Below, piece by piece: positions 41,870 through 54,050 of a stretch of 64,000 bases of DNA. This stretch comes from Dicyema japonicum (taxonomy: Eukaryota > Animalia > Dicyemida): contig RDEW01000024.1 in assembly GCA_011109175.1 (NCBI GenBank), positions 621,189 through 685,188 on the forward strand. The letters run 5' to 3'. The position numbers were made by a program, and so were the translations under genes. Positions within the stretch are counted from its first letter, which is position 1. The number at the start of each line of letters is the position of its first letter. The notes beneath the pieces are model-generated. The model saw nothing but the letters and a program-made list of their open reading frames with translations, did no database searches and had not been told where the DNA came from.

Positions 41870-42630
41870 TCAGAATTTAGAGAGGAGCATAAGAGAAATC
41901 AGGATCATCAGAATAGTTTCTATTCAAGCCTTGACTGCGTGGCAATTCCCTCTCAAAATTAACCAATGTTGAGGGTCCAATGGCACCGAAAGTCTCTGCA
42001 GCAAGAGGAGTAAAGATTACTTCGTCAGGTAAGTCAGCTACTTTATTTAAATCTGTGTGTCTGGGAAACCCTCGACACTCTTCTTATAGGCGAGTGGGTG
42101 GAAACCAAAACCGTAGATCAGGTCACCGCAGACGGAAGAGGTTCCTCAGAAATGAGAAGTAATGGGTGAATATTGGGCTGCTTTATTAGAACTATTTTTA
42201 GTGGACAAATGACGTTATTTCAGATGTAATTATTGGATTTTGATTTTCTTAGAGATGTTGTTTCTGGTTTTTTTAATAAAGTATGTGATTTCTGATAATG
42301 AGGAAATTTGATTGATCCCCTGTAATAAGGATCCAGTTTCTTCCGTTTGTAAGTGCCTCAGCCAATACAGAATCCAGAGAGATTGATTTGATAGTCCATA
42401 ATTTTTTATTTTCTGTTTTCTGGTTGATGGGTGAGTTAAGTCCCTCCATTTCCTTGTTTTTCCACGTGGTCAGCATAATCCTTCCATTTTGCCTTTTTGT
42501 AGGACCCGGATTTTCTTGGATATCCCCAGACTTGATAAGGGAGATTGGGAAAGTTATAAGTAGTCAACTTTTTGGTTCATCATCATTGGATGAGGAGAAA
42601 AGGCGTGATTTTTACCCCTCATTGGCAAAT
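41870..42630 (-). mobile_element. Remnant with a 2A-like peptide (LIKSGDIQENPGP) upstream of a CRE-like REL motif (FTPLAAETFGAIGP)
   Basis: Minus-strand translation; the motif lies at 42501-42527. Several stops lie between the two motifs. Confidence 0.5.
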
Positions 42631-42762
42631 GTGAACACATGATTTTTTGTTTTTTTAAATTCTTAAAGATTTGTACTTTAAGAGTACAGAATTAATATAA
42701 TAATTATTATAAAAAATTAATAAATAATAATAAATTCAAATTTTAACGTGTGCTTTTGTGGT

Positions 42763-43472
42763 ATGCGAGTTAAACGACAAAAGAAAGTGAAAAAGTTACT
42801 AAGATTTTACACACTCAACTTCCAATTTATATCTCCGTTTAATATCCTTATCGATGGCACCTTTTGTAGAGCAGCATTGGGGTTACATGTCTATAACTGA
42901 TGTTTAGTTGCAAGCTCAATATTTCCGAACAACTTCCGAAGTATTTAAACTCTGAAGTCAACTTTTACACGACCAAGTGCTGTCTCAATGAATGTGAAAA
43001 ATTTGGAACTCTTCTGTACGGCCCTCTCAAGGTTCTCTCCCAATACGAGATTACCCCCTGCGGACATAATCCTCCCAAGTCGGCTTTTTCTTGTCTTCGT
43101 TCAAAACTGGGATCAGATAATCCAAACAAATATTTCCTTGCAACTCAAGACAAGGTTTTGGCCATGTGTCTGGAGGAATCAAAGTCCGGAACTCTCCCAG
43201 TGCTGGTCATCTCCCATAACTGCATAAATTTGCGGAAACCTTCTGAAAATTCACTCAATCTGGCTGAAGGAGTCGTCCAGTCTTCGTTAGAACCAACTGT
43301 GAAAGAAAAAAGGGCAATTCGAAAGCTGGAGGGAAATGAGGATACCATGAAGGCGAAGAAGCGGAAGAAGAAGGGTGCTAACCCTCTGAGTTGTAGGAAG
43401 AAGACGAAGGAGGCCAAACATAATAAACAGGTAAAGAAAAGACTGAGAAAACAGAATATTATGAATAAATAG
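42763..43472 (+). CDS. UTP23: rRNA-processing protein UTP23 (PIN-like); one 26-nt intron at 42882-42907
   Basis: MRVKRQK..FYTLNF..ILIDGTFCRAALG, EQLPKYL, TTKCC, YFLATQD, GANPLSCRKK. Confidence 0.93.
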
Positions 43473-44321
43473 TTGTTTATATTTCTTAGTGTTATTTGTG
43501 TTGGACACGTGGATTTGTGTTGGCACGAGTGGTGTTCTCAAGAAATAGAGGTTTTGGTCAATGGTTTGACGCATGGAATAAGCTTGGTCCTTGATAGATG
43601 AATAGGCACGTGAATATTACTGGGATATATGGTGGAGTGTGTCTTGAGGAAACACTATTTTCTTGACTGTGAATGATTCTGCGATATATCGTGGTGGGGG
43701 TGCGAGGTAGTCAAGGAATATTCATAAGTTGTGTCCTTATGACTGGTAGAGATGTCCGGATGTTAGGTCCTACCTAGAGAACAAATATGACTTAGTTTAG
43801 ATAACTCCAGTCAATCTTATCGTGGTTGATTTCCAAGGCTAAACCAATACTAACTCCCATCAATCGACCAATACTAACTTTCTCGAACACGCGGAGGAAC
43901 AATTCAGAGTAATTAATCCAAAAAAACCCCAAGGAGAACGTCTGCCTGTGTCTATCAAATCAATCCTCCAATATTCCATCAGTTTTCCACTTCATAAAAT
44001 ATGTGGATAAGTAGTCTCTTCTATTTTCAACATACCGTCGAGGACATCTCTTCATTCTAAACCGTAAAAGTTTTCATAATGGTAATCTTAACCAGTGTAG
44101 TTGGTAAGGGAGAAGGTAAGAAGATCCCTTTCAACAATTGTGCAATGCAAGAAGGACTCATCACCTCACGGGTGGGATCTGGTAGATGAGAATTGACCTT
44201 TTATGAAAAGTCAATCTTTCGGATTCGAACACACGACACTCAGATGTTGGGAATAACGTGAGTTGCTGCGTTCAACCAAGAGGGCCCATCAATAATATTG
44301 ACAAAGGTAACAGACTGGCAT

Positions 44322-45170
44322 ATACAGGGTTTATGATTTGTTTAATAACTTTTTCAAAACATTTAATAACTTTTGCATAATGTTTGATAAAAGATCAAAT
44401 TGTGCAAAAATCCGATGAAAACAGGAAACTAAATACGAAGTAGGGTTGGCATATTCAAAAATAAGCAAAGACGTGTGTTTTAAATATCAAACGGTCGTAT
44501 CCGTCATTCAAAAATATAAAAATACTGAAAGTTGCTTATTATCGATACATTTTTCTGAGAGTATGTATAAACACACGTAGCGTCCCAAACCAGGTTCCGA
44601 CCATTAGCAAAGGAGAATTTGTCATTCCGTCCGGGCATTTGCATTGTCTCGGGTAAGACCAGTCGGTTACAGAATGCAGTTGCGGCTAGCAGAGGAAAGT
44701 GCGTTTTTCAACGTCACATTGGTACAGGCATGTCATGGGAAACGACCCGCGATAAACCTACACGACAGTGGATAGTAGTCGTATGGATCGACCAAACACC
44801 ACAACGACGTTTCTCTTCGAGAGATATAGAAAGCGGGAAAAATCATAGAAATTTTAAATCAACGTCTAATTTTTATTTATAAAATGGGAGTGAATTGTTC
44901 TATGAAATTCAGGGAGAAGATTATGACTATGTGTGACATTTAAGACATTGATATGTCACAATGCATCGATTTGAAAAAAAACCGCGAAACTAAAAATGTA
45001 GTATTCGGAACAGGTATTCAATCAATTTTTAACATGTGGTGGGTATGAATTGTATTTTTGCCTCCTTATATCGCGAGATTTAATCCAAATGAGGAATACT
45101 TTCCATTTGGAAAAATTTTATAGCCACGTCGAAAAACAGTCATTAACCGGTTAATTTAATACATTTTTTA
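44322..45170 (+). mobile_element. Highly degenerate Tc1/IS630-like transposon
   Basis: Starts TA-CAGGGT; contains an FLPPY..FNPNEEYF motif. Confidence 0.5.
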
Positions 45171-45258
45171 TATTTTATTTATTTTTTTAATTTAAAAATA
45201 TATATGGTTACCAGTTATTAATAAAATATTTTTACAAATGAATGAGTTTAGTTTTTAT

Positions 45259-45602
45259 ATGAACAGCTTTCTACTGACACTCTTGTTTTTGTCACTTTCC
45301 GGTGCTTTTCCTAAATTTGATTTTAAGAGGTCAACCACGAGCATACGATTAGCCGAGAAATAGAAGACATCAACAATCGAGAACAAGTTCTCAGAATCAG
45401 TCTTCATGGTAACATATAACCCCTAAGTACAAACGTAGAACAAAACAGATACTTAAATCTTGACCACGTGCTAAGATCTCTTAAGATTGATTTAACCATG
45501 TGCTTGTATTTTGTGGCTGTGGTAGTATTCTCCTCTCTTTACATCATTCGGGTTATTTTCCTTACTTTAATGTTATAGAAAGCTAAGGAATCTAAAAGTT
45601 AA
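45259..45602 (+). CDS. Putative 87-aa single-pass membrane micro-protein with signal peptide, four exons
   Basis: Removing GT-AG introns 45330-45352, 45409-45438 and 45552-45578 gives MNSFLLTLLFLSLSGA-FPKFDFKSREIEDINNREQVLRISLHEQNRYLNLDHVLRSLKIDLTMCLYFVAVVVFSSLYII-RKAKESKS*. Confidence 0.6.
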
Positions 45603-46099
45603 CAAAGTAATGTATTTTAGAAGTAGCATTGCACGTGGATTGATGGTGGAGTTTGTTGGCGATTACTTTGTGATTGTTCTGACCTTATTACTAGATTAGA
45701 CTAATTAGCGGATAATTTGAGTGATTTGCAAATTTATGGAATAAGTATATGGTGGAAGTTGTCGGAATTGGTGGGGGTTGAGGTGGTGACGCACCTCATG
45801 ATATCTATTACGTTTCATTATGGGTAAGAGTCCTTATCTTTGCCTTTCTCGTGTGTGTAGCCTCAAGTAACCACCATCGAATTACGTGGGGGTTAAGATC
45901 GAGAGAACTTGAAGGATCATCTGTTGGAAGCTTCACGTAGGTGATAATAAATATAACCGACCAAAATGAGATGTGTATCGATCTAAATGAGATGTAGCTT
46001 AATCTAACCGCCTGTCTGAAGTAGACCAGTATTGAACTGACAAACTGGTGGAGATGGAGGAGAGGTACTTGTGGATGATATATTAAACTTTCATTTTTT

Positions 46100-46550
46100 T
46101 CAATGAGTTTCCTGGTTTTTCAAAAGTGTTTCCCCGTAAACTCTTCTGAAATGGGGGTTGTAACAGTGTAGGATGTAAATTTGTAGTTCTCCTCACGAGA
46201 GAATTTAGTTTATTGAGTTTGGAGAATGATGTCGCAAATCTCCATGCGGGAGGCATATTCAATTGTTGGAACGATGCCCTGACTATACAATCTGGACATC
46301 CATTCCACAGGAGGGAACTTCCGGAGTCCCTTGGTCGAGACGAGATAAGTTCATTAGAAAGTCATAATTAACCCCCGAGAATCTTCTGTTTCCTGGATAT
46401 CGGAATAGGGATGTCCCAATGTACACCTTGGTCTCACACGTGGACTTCCTATCCGAGGTAAATATCATATTACATGCTTTCTTGAAGACACCGTAAGAGA
46501 ATTAATACAAGCCCATCATGCCCTGTGAGGTTTGATTGGACAGCACATTA
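46100..46550 (-). mobile_element. I/Jockey-group RT remnant
   Basis: IFTSDRK..., GIVPTIEYA. Confidence 0.6.
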
Positions 46551-46599
46551 ACTGCTCTCATAATGCATCCTTTCATCCTCCTGAAGTATCCTCCACAGT

Positions 46600-47500
46600 C
46601 TTCAAGGGTAATCAATTCGAAAGAAGATGAGATTAATGTCTTAGCTGTACATCATCAATAGCACCCCTCTCTACATAATTCTTCCATTTTGAAAACACAT
46701 TCTCAATTGGATTAAGGAATGCTGAGTATGGGGAAGATATAGTATTTTGCGGTTGTGGATTGGGGTACTTTGTTGAGTCTATTGTAATGGCGAATCCTAC
46801 CATTGTCCATGACGAAGCAGGGATCCAAAATTCCTTTCGTTTCACAAACTCATTTAAGTTGAAACACGAAATTTTTTGGATTTCTCCATTAACATCACCA
46901 TCAACAATAGAATGATAGACCATACCACGTGCAGTCATTGCGGCCATTACTGAAATATTCCTACTACGTACCTGAGGCACACTAATATGCGTACAAATAC
47001 CTCTTTCAGATCTCCCAAAGCGGACGCGCGGAAGACATTATAACCTACTTTGTCTATAAAGAATATTCGGCTATCCCTAACGTCAAATAAAATTTCTTGG
47101 AAATTTGTCCCATATTCCAATCGTGTCTCAATGGTGCTTTCGCAGTTTCTTATCTCAAGAACAATTTTGAAAGTTTTTACTGATGGTGCTTGTACTTACG
47201 GATATCTCCATATCCTCGCACATTTTTTATTTTCAACGCCCCCAAAGTCATTGATGTATCTTCGTCAACCCACTGCCGTATTATTTTTATGATCAGCAGT
47301 CAAGATTGTTCTATGATCCTTGCCACGCTTGGGACATTTTGTTGTTCCATCCTTCAGATATGAAGAAACAATTGTACATATAGTTGTACGAGGAAAGCCC
47401 ATAACTCGGGAGATCTCAGTATTGCCAAGATTATTCTTAGCGTGGTTAATAACGAGCTCTCTGACTTCATGATTGACTATTGTCGTTATCGACTGACTAT
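46600..47500 (-). mobile_element. Degenerate Tc1/IS630-like transposase
   Basis: RSRNISVMAAMTARG, PYSAFLNPIENVFSKWKNYV and an upstream HTH-like region. Confidence 0.8.
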
Positions 47501-47569
47501 TGTCGTTAATGACTGACTATTGGGTCGTTATTGATAGGAAAACTCTATATTTAATTATGGTTGCTACGG

Positions 47570-48330
47570 CGTCTTCTCCCATGTCGCCCAGAAAGGAAGT
47601 TGCTCGGCCATAGTCTCAAAATTCTTTTTCGTTAGAAGATGCCTCTATATAGAGTCGAATGCCTTTTGAATGTCCATAGAGAGCAAGACTATTTTCATGT
47701 GGGTTTTGGTGTGATAAATTGTGAGACGAATCCAAGATGCGTCTCTGATGTTCATGGAAGTCCAGGGAAGGAGAGAGCTTCTTGAAAAATCAATGATAAC
47801 TGTTCTGATGGAGGAAGCCAAGAGCCCGATTCGTCTTTTAAGAGGAAGTCTTTGACGTAGATTTATCGGGAGGTGGCAGAGAAATCTTTACCAGTTGGCG
47901 AAACAGGTTCGCTATGGCAGGGATTACCATACGGCAGTTCTTTGTATGGTTCTAGAAGTGGCAAGGGTGGTCTGGTTCCGTGGTTTCGTTTAAAAATTGG
48001 AGGGTCCTCATGCGGAGGTGATCCTCTAGTGGAAGAATGGTGGTTCTTCAGTAGAGGTAGTCGGATGGTGTGAATCTGTTTTATCCGATATTGTTCGAAG
48101 GGCTCCACTTTGGAATCTGAAGTTTTTGGATGTTGGAGACTGCGAGGGATGAGACCCAGGAAGGGATCGTGTAGTTCAATGAAGTCCTAGTATATTTTCG
48201 TAGATTGTTCTGACTGTTTCATTGACCTGACCACAAATGGATGGGAAGTATGGCTACAATCAAAAGCCATGACAAAATGGTTTTTCTAGTCTTTCCGAGA
48301 GTTATCGGGGGAGGAGAACCCATGTCGATC
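47570..48330 (-). mobile_element. Rearranged I-group RT fragments
   Basis: SLNYTIPSW..SNIQKLQ, ILPLEDHL..PDHP and VLLSMDIQKAFDS. Confidence 0.6.
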
Positions 48331-48528
48331 ATGACTGGGAAAATAAAAACTTAGGCAAGAAGCTTGCCTCATCGCCAAAACTAAAAAGAAAGAAGTTAAG
48401 AGCATTTTTAATGCCTCGGCCCTTTGCCTACGATTATAACTGTTCTTTCCTTCTCAAGTAAGCATGACTGTTCTTTTTAAGTGGAGGTTTAAGTAGTGAG
48501 AAGATTACTAATCTGCGCAAAGGAATTA

Positions 48529-48950
48529 CAGTAAACCCTCATTAATCCGAACTTCAATAATTTAAAAACTTCAATAATCCGAATTTTTTTGATGAGTTAG
48601 CAAAATTTTACAGCTTCTTACTAACAAACTTCAATAAACCGAAACTTCCTAATCCGAAAGACAATTATTAAAAATTTCGGATTAATTTATTTTGTTTTTA
48701 TCATACATTCAGATGAATTTACATTTAAATTTAAAAACTAACCAAATCGTTAGAAAAAAGTAATATTTGTGAAATAAAAATAAACCCTGATTTGGGAATT
48801 TCTACATTTTTAGAAATTCTAAAAACCCATGAAAGTTGGAAAACTAAAACTACGATTAAAAGTCAAGAGCCAAGTGGTAAACGTCATCAACTTGATAATT
48901 CACTTGTTGAATTGGATGAAATTAATGGTTTTATTACTTTATTCAGAATT
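48529..48950 (+). mobile_element. 5' end of a pogo/Tigger-like element
   Basis: TA-CAGTAAACCCTCATTAATCCGAAC terminus with repeated CTTCAATAATCCGAA subterminal motifs. Confidence 0.5.
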
Positions 48951-49402
48951 TTACATTCCAATGTCTCCTGAGACCGCACCTCCTCCATAATAAGACAAGG
49001 GCAAAGTAGAAAACTTATAGAATAGTGCAACATGACACGTTAAATATCTCTAAGAGCCCCACGTCACAAGATCTGTCATTTAAGGCAATTCACAGAATTC
49101 TCCCCCTCTTGATTTATTAAAATGATGCTGACTCATATTTATCTAATCCTCACTAACTGCTCGTTAGCCGTCAGGAGATCCATGGATAAGTTAGTGAAAG
49201 CTCGGGTACTCTCCGGAGATAGTTATTCTGGGGAGGCGGGAGTGCTGAAGATATTAGGAATTCTTTCTATCAAGAAAATCGATTGATGTTGGGAGGAAAT
49301 TGACTACCTCATTTAATCAATACATAAATACATTAATTAAAAAAAACTAAAAATTATAAAATATTTTAAATTTGAATCATCATTTAATGTTGTTATACTA
49401 GT

Positions 49403-52051
49403 ATGGACACTGGTTTTGATGATTCTTTTACTGAAGATTATCCCTATAAAAGGACCACAAAACTACTAAAGGACCAGTTTTGTAATCCGCCTAAAATGTC
49501 TGCTTCTGTTAATAGAATGATGGTACCACGCTAATGTTACTTAAAGGACAACATGGGCTACGTCGAAGGGAAGGGACTCGGTGTCAATGGGTCGGGCATA
49601 TTGGAGCCCCTCTCCATTATGGGAGTCAGTGGTAAAGCTGGATTGGGCTCTAAGGAGGCGAAGATTGACCAGAATGTGGATTGGGAGACTAATAATGAGC
49701 CCATTCCTGACTCAGAGACGATTGATCACATCAAAATAACAAACCGTGTAGATTTGAACAGCTTAACCCCCAATATTATGGTTATTCGTAAGGTTGGTCT
49801 CCCATATATGGTAGCCGACTTTCAACATAGCGAATGAGGTCGAATTTATCGACAAAACCGTGTGGAGTAAAATAATCTCTCTAAAAGTTGTGATGGGCAT
49901 AATTTGCAGAGCCAACTCGATAACATCCCCAAAAACAGCATCTACAAGGCCCATTCCCTGTCAAATCCTTTCGAGGGCATTGGGAAGTCTTCCTTCATTA
50001 ACAGAGCGGCCGTCAAGATGGCCAACCTCGATTCCCTCTTCGACTACTGCTTTACTTCCATTAAGGTGGGTACTGACTTATTGGAGGCCTCCGTTGTGTA
50101 CTATGCGGACATTTGTGCTGGCCCTGGTGGATTCACGGAATACCTGTTGTGGCGATATCACCAGAACAAAGTATTTGTGAAGGGATTTGGGTTCACCCTC
50201 AAGGGGGAATGTGACTTTACCTTGGATAAGTTTAAATGTGTCTCCCCCTTGTTTTTTGAGCCTCACTATGGTTTGCTGGTGGAGTGATTTGTAGGAGTGA
50301 ATAACTCATATGGCGACGGGGATATCTTCAAAACCGAGAATATGCATTCGTTTGCAGAATATGTACTATCAAAGACGTCCAATGGTGGGGTTTCCTTTGT
50401 AGTTGCCGACGGGGTCTTCGATTTTCTTTAAACTAGGGATTTTCTGTGTCTGGAAGCGAGAGCCTCCAGGAGATTTTGTCTAAGCAGCTGTATTTGTGTC
50501 AGTTTTTATTGGCCCTGAAGATACTTAAGTTGGGTTTTTCCTTCCGTTTATGAATAGGCGGGAATTTTATGTGCAAACTGTTTGATTTAGTGACACCATT
50601 CTCAGTTAGCCTCATTTACTTGATGGGGACAGTCTTCCGTACTGTTAGCATAGTTAAACCGTTCAGTAGCAGACCTGCAAACTCAGAGAGGTTCTGATTT
50701 GTCTTATTCAGATATATCTTCTTTCAGGACAGACTGGGGGACTGTTCGAAGCTCATCGAGTTTTTGCTTACTGCCAACGACAAGATTAATGACTTCAAAG
50801 GAACCAATTCTGATGACATTTATGAGCTTATTCCAACATCGATTATTATGGAGGACCGTGAGTTTGTAGAGTCCATCAGATATTCCAACACGAGGCATAA
50901 TAGTCACTAATATTAGAATCGGGAGACTACAAGCTACGAGTCTCGACAAATTGATAGACTTTGATAAGAGAAGGAATTTTGTGGAGAAGCGACAGTCCGT
51001 AATGTCAAACAACCTGATAAATAAGTGGCAGGTTGGCGGTTTTGTTATTCAGTTAACTGACCTTAGACCCACTGACAGTGATGTCGACGTGTATCAAAGG
51101 CTCGATTATTTATTCAATGTAGTTATGTGTGATTATTTAGTCGAAAAACAATATTTTTGAGTCGTTTAGGCAGAATTATGTGATGAGACATTGTGATCTG
51201 TCGACATATCTCTTCCACGTGAATAACTTTAACGTTGTGGTGGTTTCTGGGGAACACATAAGTTTATTCTCTTTGGGAGTTGATATTGGGATGACTTTAG
51301 GACGACAAAGTGTTCGTTTGGTTCCATTCTGAGAGTAAACCGAATGGCTGGAGGAGTGTGGAGAGTACATTTCAAGATTTTAAACTAAAACTGCCGAGGG
51401 ACACCCTCGTTGAGGGATTTCTGATGGATGAGTACTACGAGAATGTATTGTTGGGGGTAACTGTTAGTCATGTAAACTGCCAGCACTTCACATAATAGAC
51501 TGTGCTATCCTCAATGGGATTGATGTCTCCTCTATCATGCATATTGACAGGTTTGTGGTGGGAGTTAGACAGATTGGAACACTGTTCTCGAATGTGTGAG
51601 GCTCTGAGGACCAGTTCTGGAGATGGTTGTAAGCGCTGTTTTGTAAGAGTGGCTAATCTGTATTCCCCTCGAAACGTTGGGGATGTCATATCGGGGTTGA
51701 TGATGTCATTATTGAAGATTTGAGTGTATAAACTCCCACAACCGTTATATAGTGGATAATAAATGTTGGATAGTGCCGGATAGGATTGTGTTTCTGAATG
51801 TGATTAAGGGTAGGGATTGTGATTAGTTTGAGATCCGTGGTTAAAGTGCACGTCGAGAAGCACAAATTATAGATATTATTACAATCGTGTGAGCAAGGAG
51901 TCGGTTTATGAGTACAGTGGGGTTATTTGTAGTGGTTATTGGTATTATTTGTCGTTATTGTAGGGATTGGAATGGTGCACGTGTTCATTATATGTTGGAT
52001 TGTGGCAGTGATGTAACTATTGGTGATATTATTAATTATATGTGTAAATGA
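49403..52051 (+). CDS. CMTR1: Cap-specific mRNA (nucleoside-2'-O)-methyltransferase 1; 17 exons, about 762 aa
   Basis: G-patch ([10 protein letters not shown]), [61 protein letters not shown] and a WW domain (DPW..YRYYYN). Removing 16 introns of 21-24 nt (360 nt total) leaves an uninterrupted 2289-nt frame. Confidence 0.95.
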
Positions 52052-52349
52052 CTTTGACTTGTTTTATAATGGGGTTGGTGGGGATAGGTGGAAACCCGGT
52101 ATTTTGAGGGCCGACTGAGTGGCGGAGTATCACAAGCACCCGACAAAATCCAGATGGCTCCGGGTTACAATCTCTCTCGTGTCTATTAAAGGATGAGTTA
52201 GCAATACCTCATTGTGGAACCGTCTACAGACACTCACATGCAACCAAATAATATGTCCCCTTAAAAGATTAGTTATTATTAGGGCGGAAATTACAGGACA
52301 TTTCAAGACAAAAAGAACAATTTTTTATTTTTTAATATTGTTTTCATTG

Positions 52350-52930
52350 AAATTTTTCTGCATTACAAATTGTCCCGACAATAGCAATTAATATTACTTT
52401 CCCTTTACTTTCATAAATAATTAAATAGAATTGTTTGTTTAAATATGTTTTCTGTAGTTCAATGATGTAAATTGTAGGGAACATGATACCTGGAAGCTAA
52501 CATGATAATTTAACAGCTTTTTATATAACTATTCCGTAATTTGTGAAGTGGAATATCGGCATTTTAGAACGCTTTGACCAAAAAGAGATCCAGTTTTCTT
52601 CGTTATCTTAAGTAAGAAAAAGTTGAGTGGTCTCTATACTTGTAGCATTCAGTCTGATGTCTTTTCCTATATCGCTGCAGTATTGTTAGATGATTTTTAC
52701 TAGAGTATTTTGGTAGTATAAATCTCTTTAGGTGTTCTTGTAAGTATGTATGAGTTTTTGGAAATTGCTTTGAAATTCATTCCTTAGTTTGCCTGAGTTC
52801 TAAGAGTTTTAATAATTGAGAAAATATAAACCTGGTATTAACTGAAAACTGCTAGTACACAACAAAACCGTGTCCATTCAAAATGGCCTCCAATTAATTT
52901 TTTCAGGTTTTGGATAAGTTCATCAATAAA
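52350..52930 (-). mobile_element. Possible old LINE RT C-terminal remnant
   Basis: LYYQNTLVKII.QYCSDI..SIETTQLFL weakly resembles the LY..V..ILEYCS..IE.VQ motif. Confidence 0.3.
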
Positions 52931-52951
52931 CATCACGAGATTTTAGCGAAA

Positions 52952-53175
52952 CGACATCTTTAGGTAAAAAGGTCATCTTTTTAAATCTTATAAAAATTGA
53001 TTTTACGAAGGTCCTCGACATCTTTAGGTAAAAAATCATCTTTTTTAAATCTTATAAAAATTGATTTTAAAGGGTCCTATGGGTAAGTGGAACAATTTAC
53101 CTATGGTCCTCGACATCTTTAGGTAAACATTTATTTATAGAATATATATTCAACTAAATTGAATATATATTCTAT
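52952..53175. repeat. 64-bp tandem repeat (2 copies plus a partial) followed by a perfect 17-bp hairpin
   Basis: Units start CGACATCTTTAGGTAAA at 52952, 53016 and 53111. ATAGAATATATATTCAA-ctaaa-TTGAATATATATTCTAT at 53137-53175. Confidence 0.9.
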
Positions 53176-53429
53176 CGGATCCAATTTAAGTAACATTTGT
53201 TCTTAAACAAATCTCAATCTATTCTCAGATAAAGCGAGGAGGAGAGGAAAGCCATTAACTAAAGAGGAAAGCCAGATAAAGCGATAACATGATTTATTCG
53301 CAAAACCCCAACTAACTAAACAAGGTAAGAGCCATTAACTAAAGAGGAAAGCCAAGATTTGGGGTCGTCTATATCGGGGCACTCTCATGAGACACCGTAT
53401 GTCTCTTCTCCGTAAAAAGCCCCAATTAC

Positions 53430-54050
53430 AATGCGAGTTTCCACAAGCAATGTAATAAATCACCAATTCTTCTCGTTTTTCTTTCGTATTCGTCAATTTC
53501 AGATGCTAAATCCAATCCATGTGCTTCAATTTAGTTTCGTTTATAATTAGAACTTCCATCTGGATCGTGCTGGCTATAGCAACCAGCACTGAGGCCCGTT
53601 TCCGAAGAGAACGGGCATTAATCAGGGTTATCCTGACTACTTCTGGTTTTTTTCGGTGGCTGCCCTCTCTTCTTAAGAGCACCACTCTCTTCTCTGTGTT
53701 GAAGCTTCTACTGTTTCTTTTATAGAAGGTTTCTTATTATATGTCGTATTCCAGCCAGTCTGCCCATACATTCTAAACTCTGACTTTAATTTCTTATTCG
53801 TTCCAATTTTGGAAACTTCACTTTCTCCATTATGGGCATTTTCTCGTTTTAGAGATAATTTTCCATTCGATTCTTTCCTTTTTGGTCAATTTTGTTTTTT
53901 TCGCTATGTTAGCTTCAACAGCCTTGGGACATCTTCCATAATTGGCAAAGTCGATGGATGAACCACAATTCAAAGGACTTATTATTGTTTGTAACCGGAA
54001 ACTGGGATATTCTTTCAACACATCTCCATTAGGCCTGAAGTATGTTTCTC
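53430..54050 (-). mobile_element. LINE ORF1 zinc-knuckle / ORF2 APE junction remnant (I/Jockey group)
   Basis: LNCGSS..ANYGRCP, then ITLINARSLRKR...IINETKL. Confidence 0.7.
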
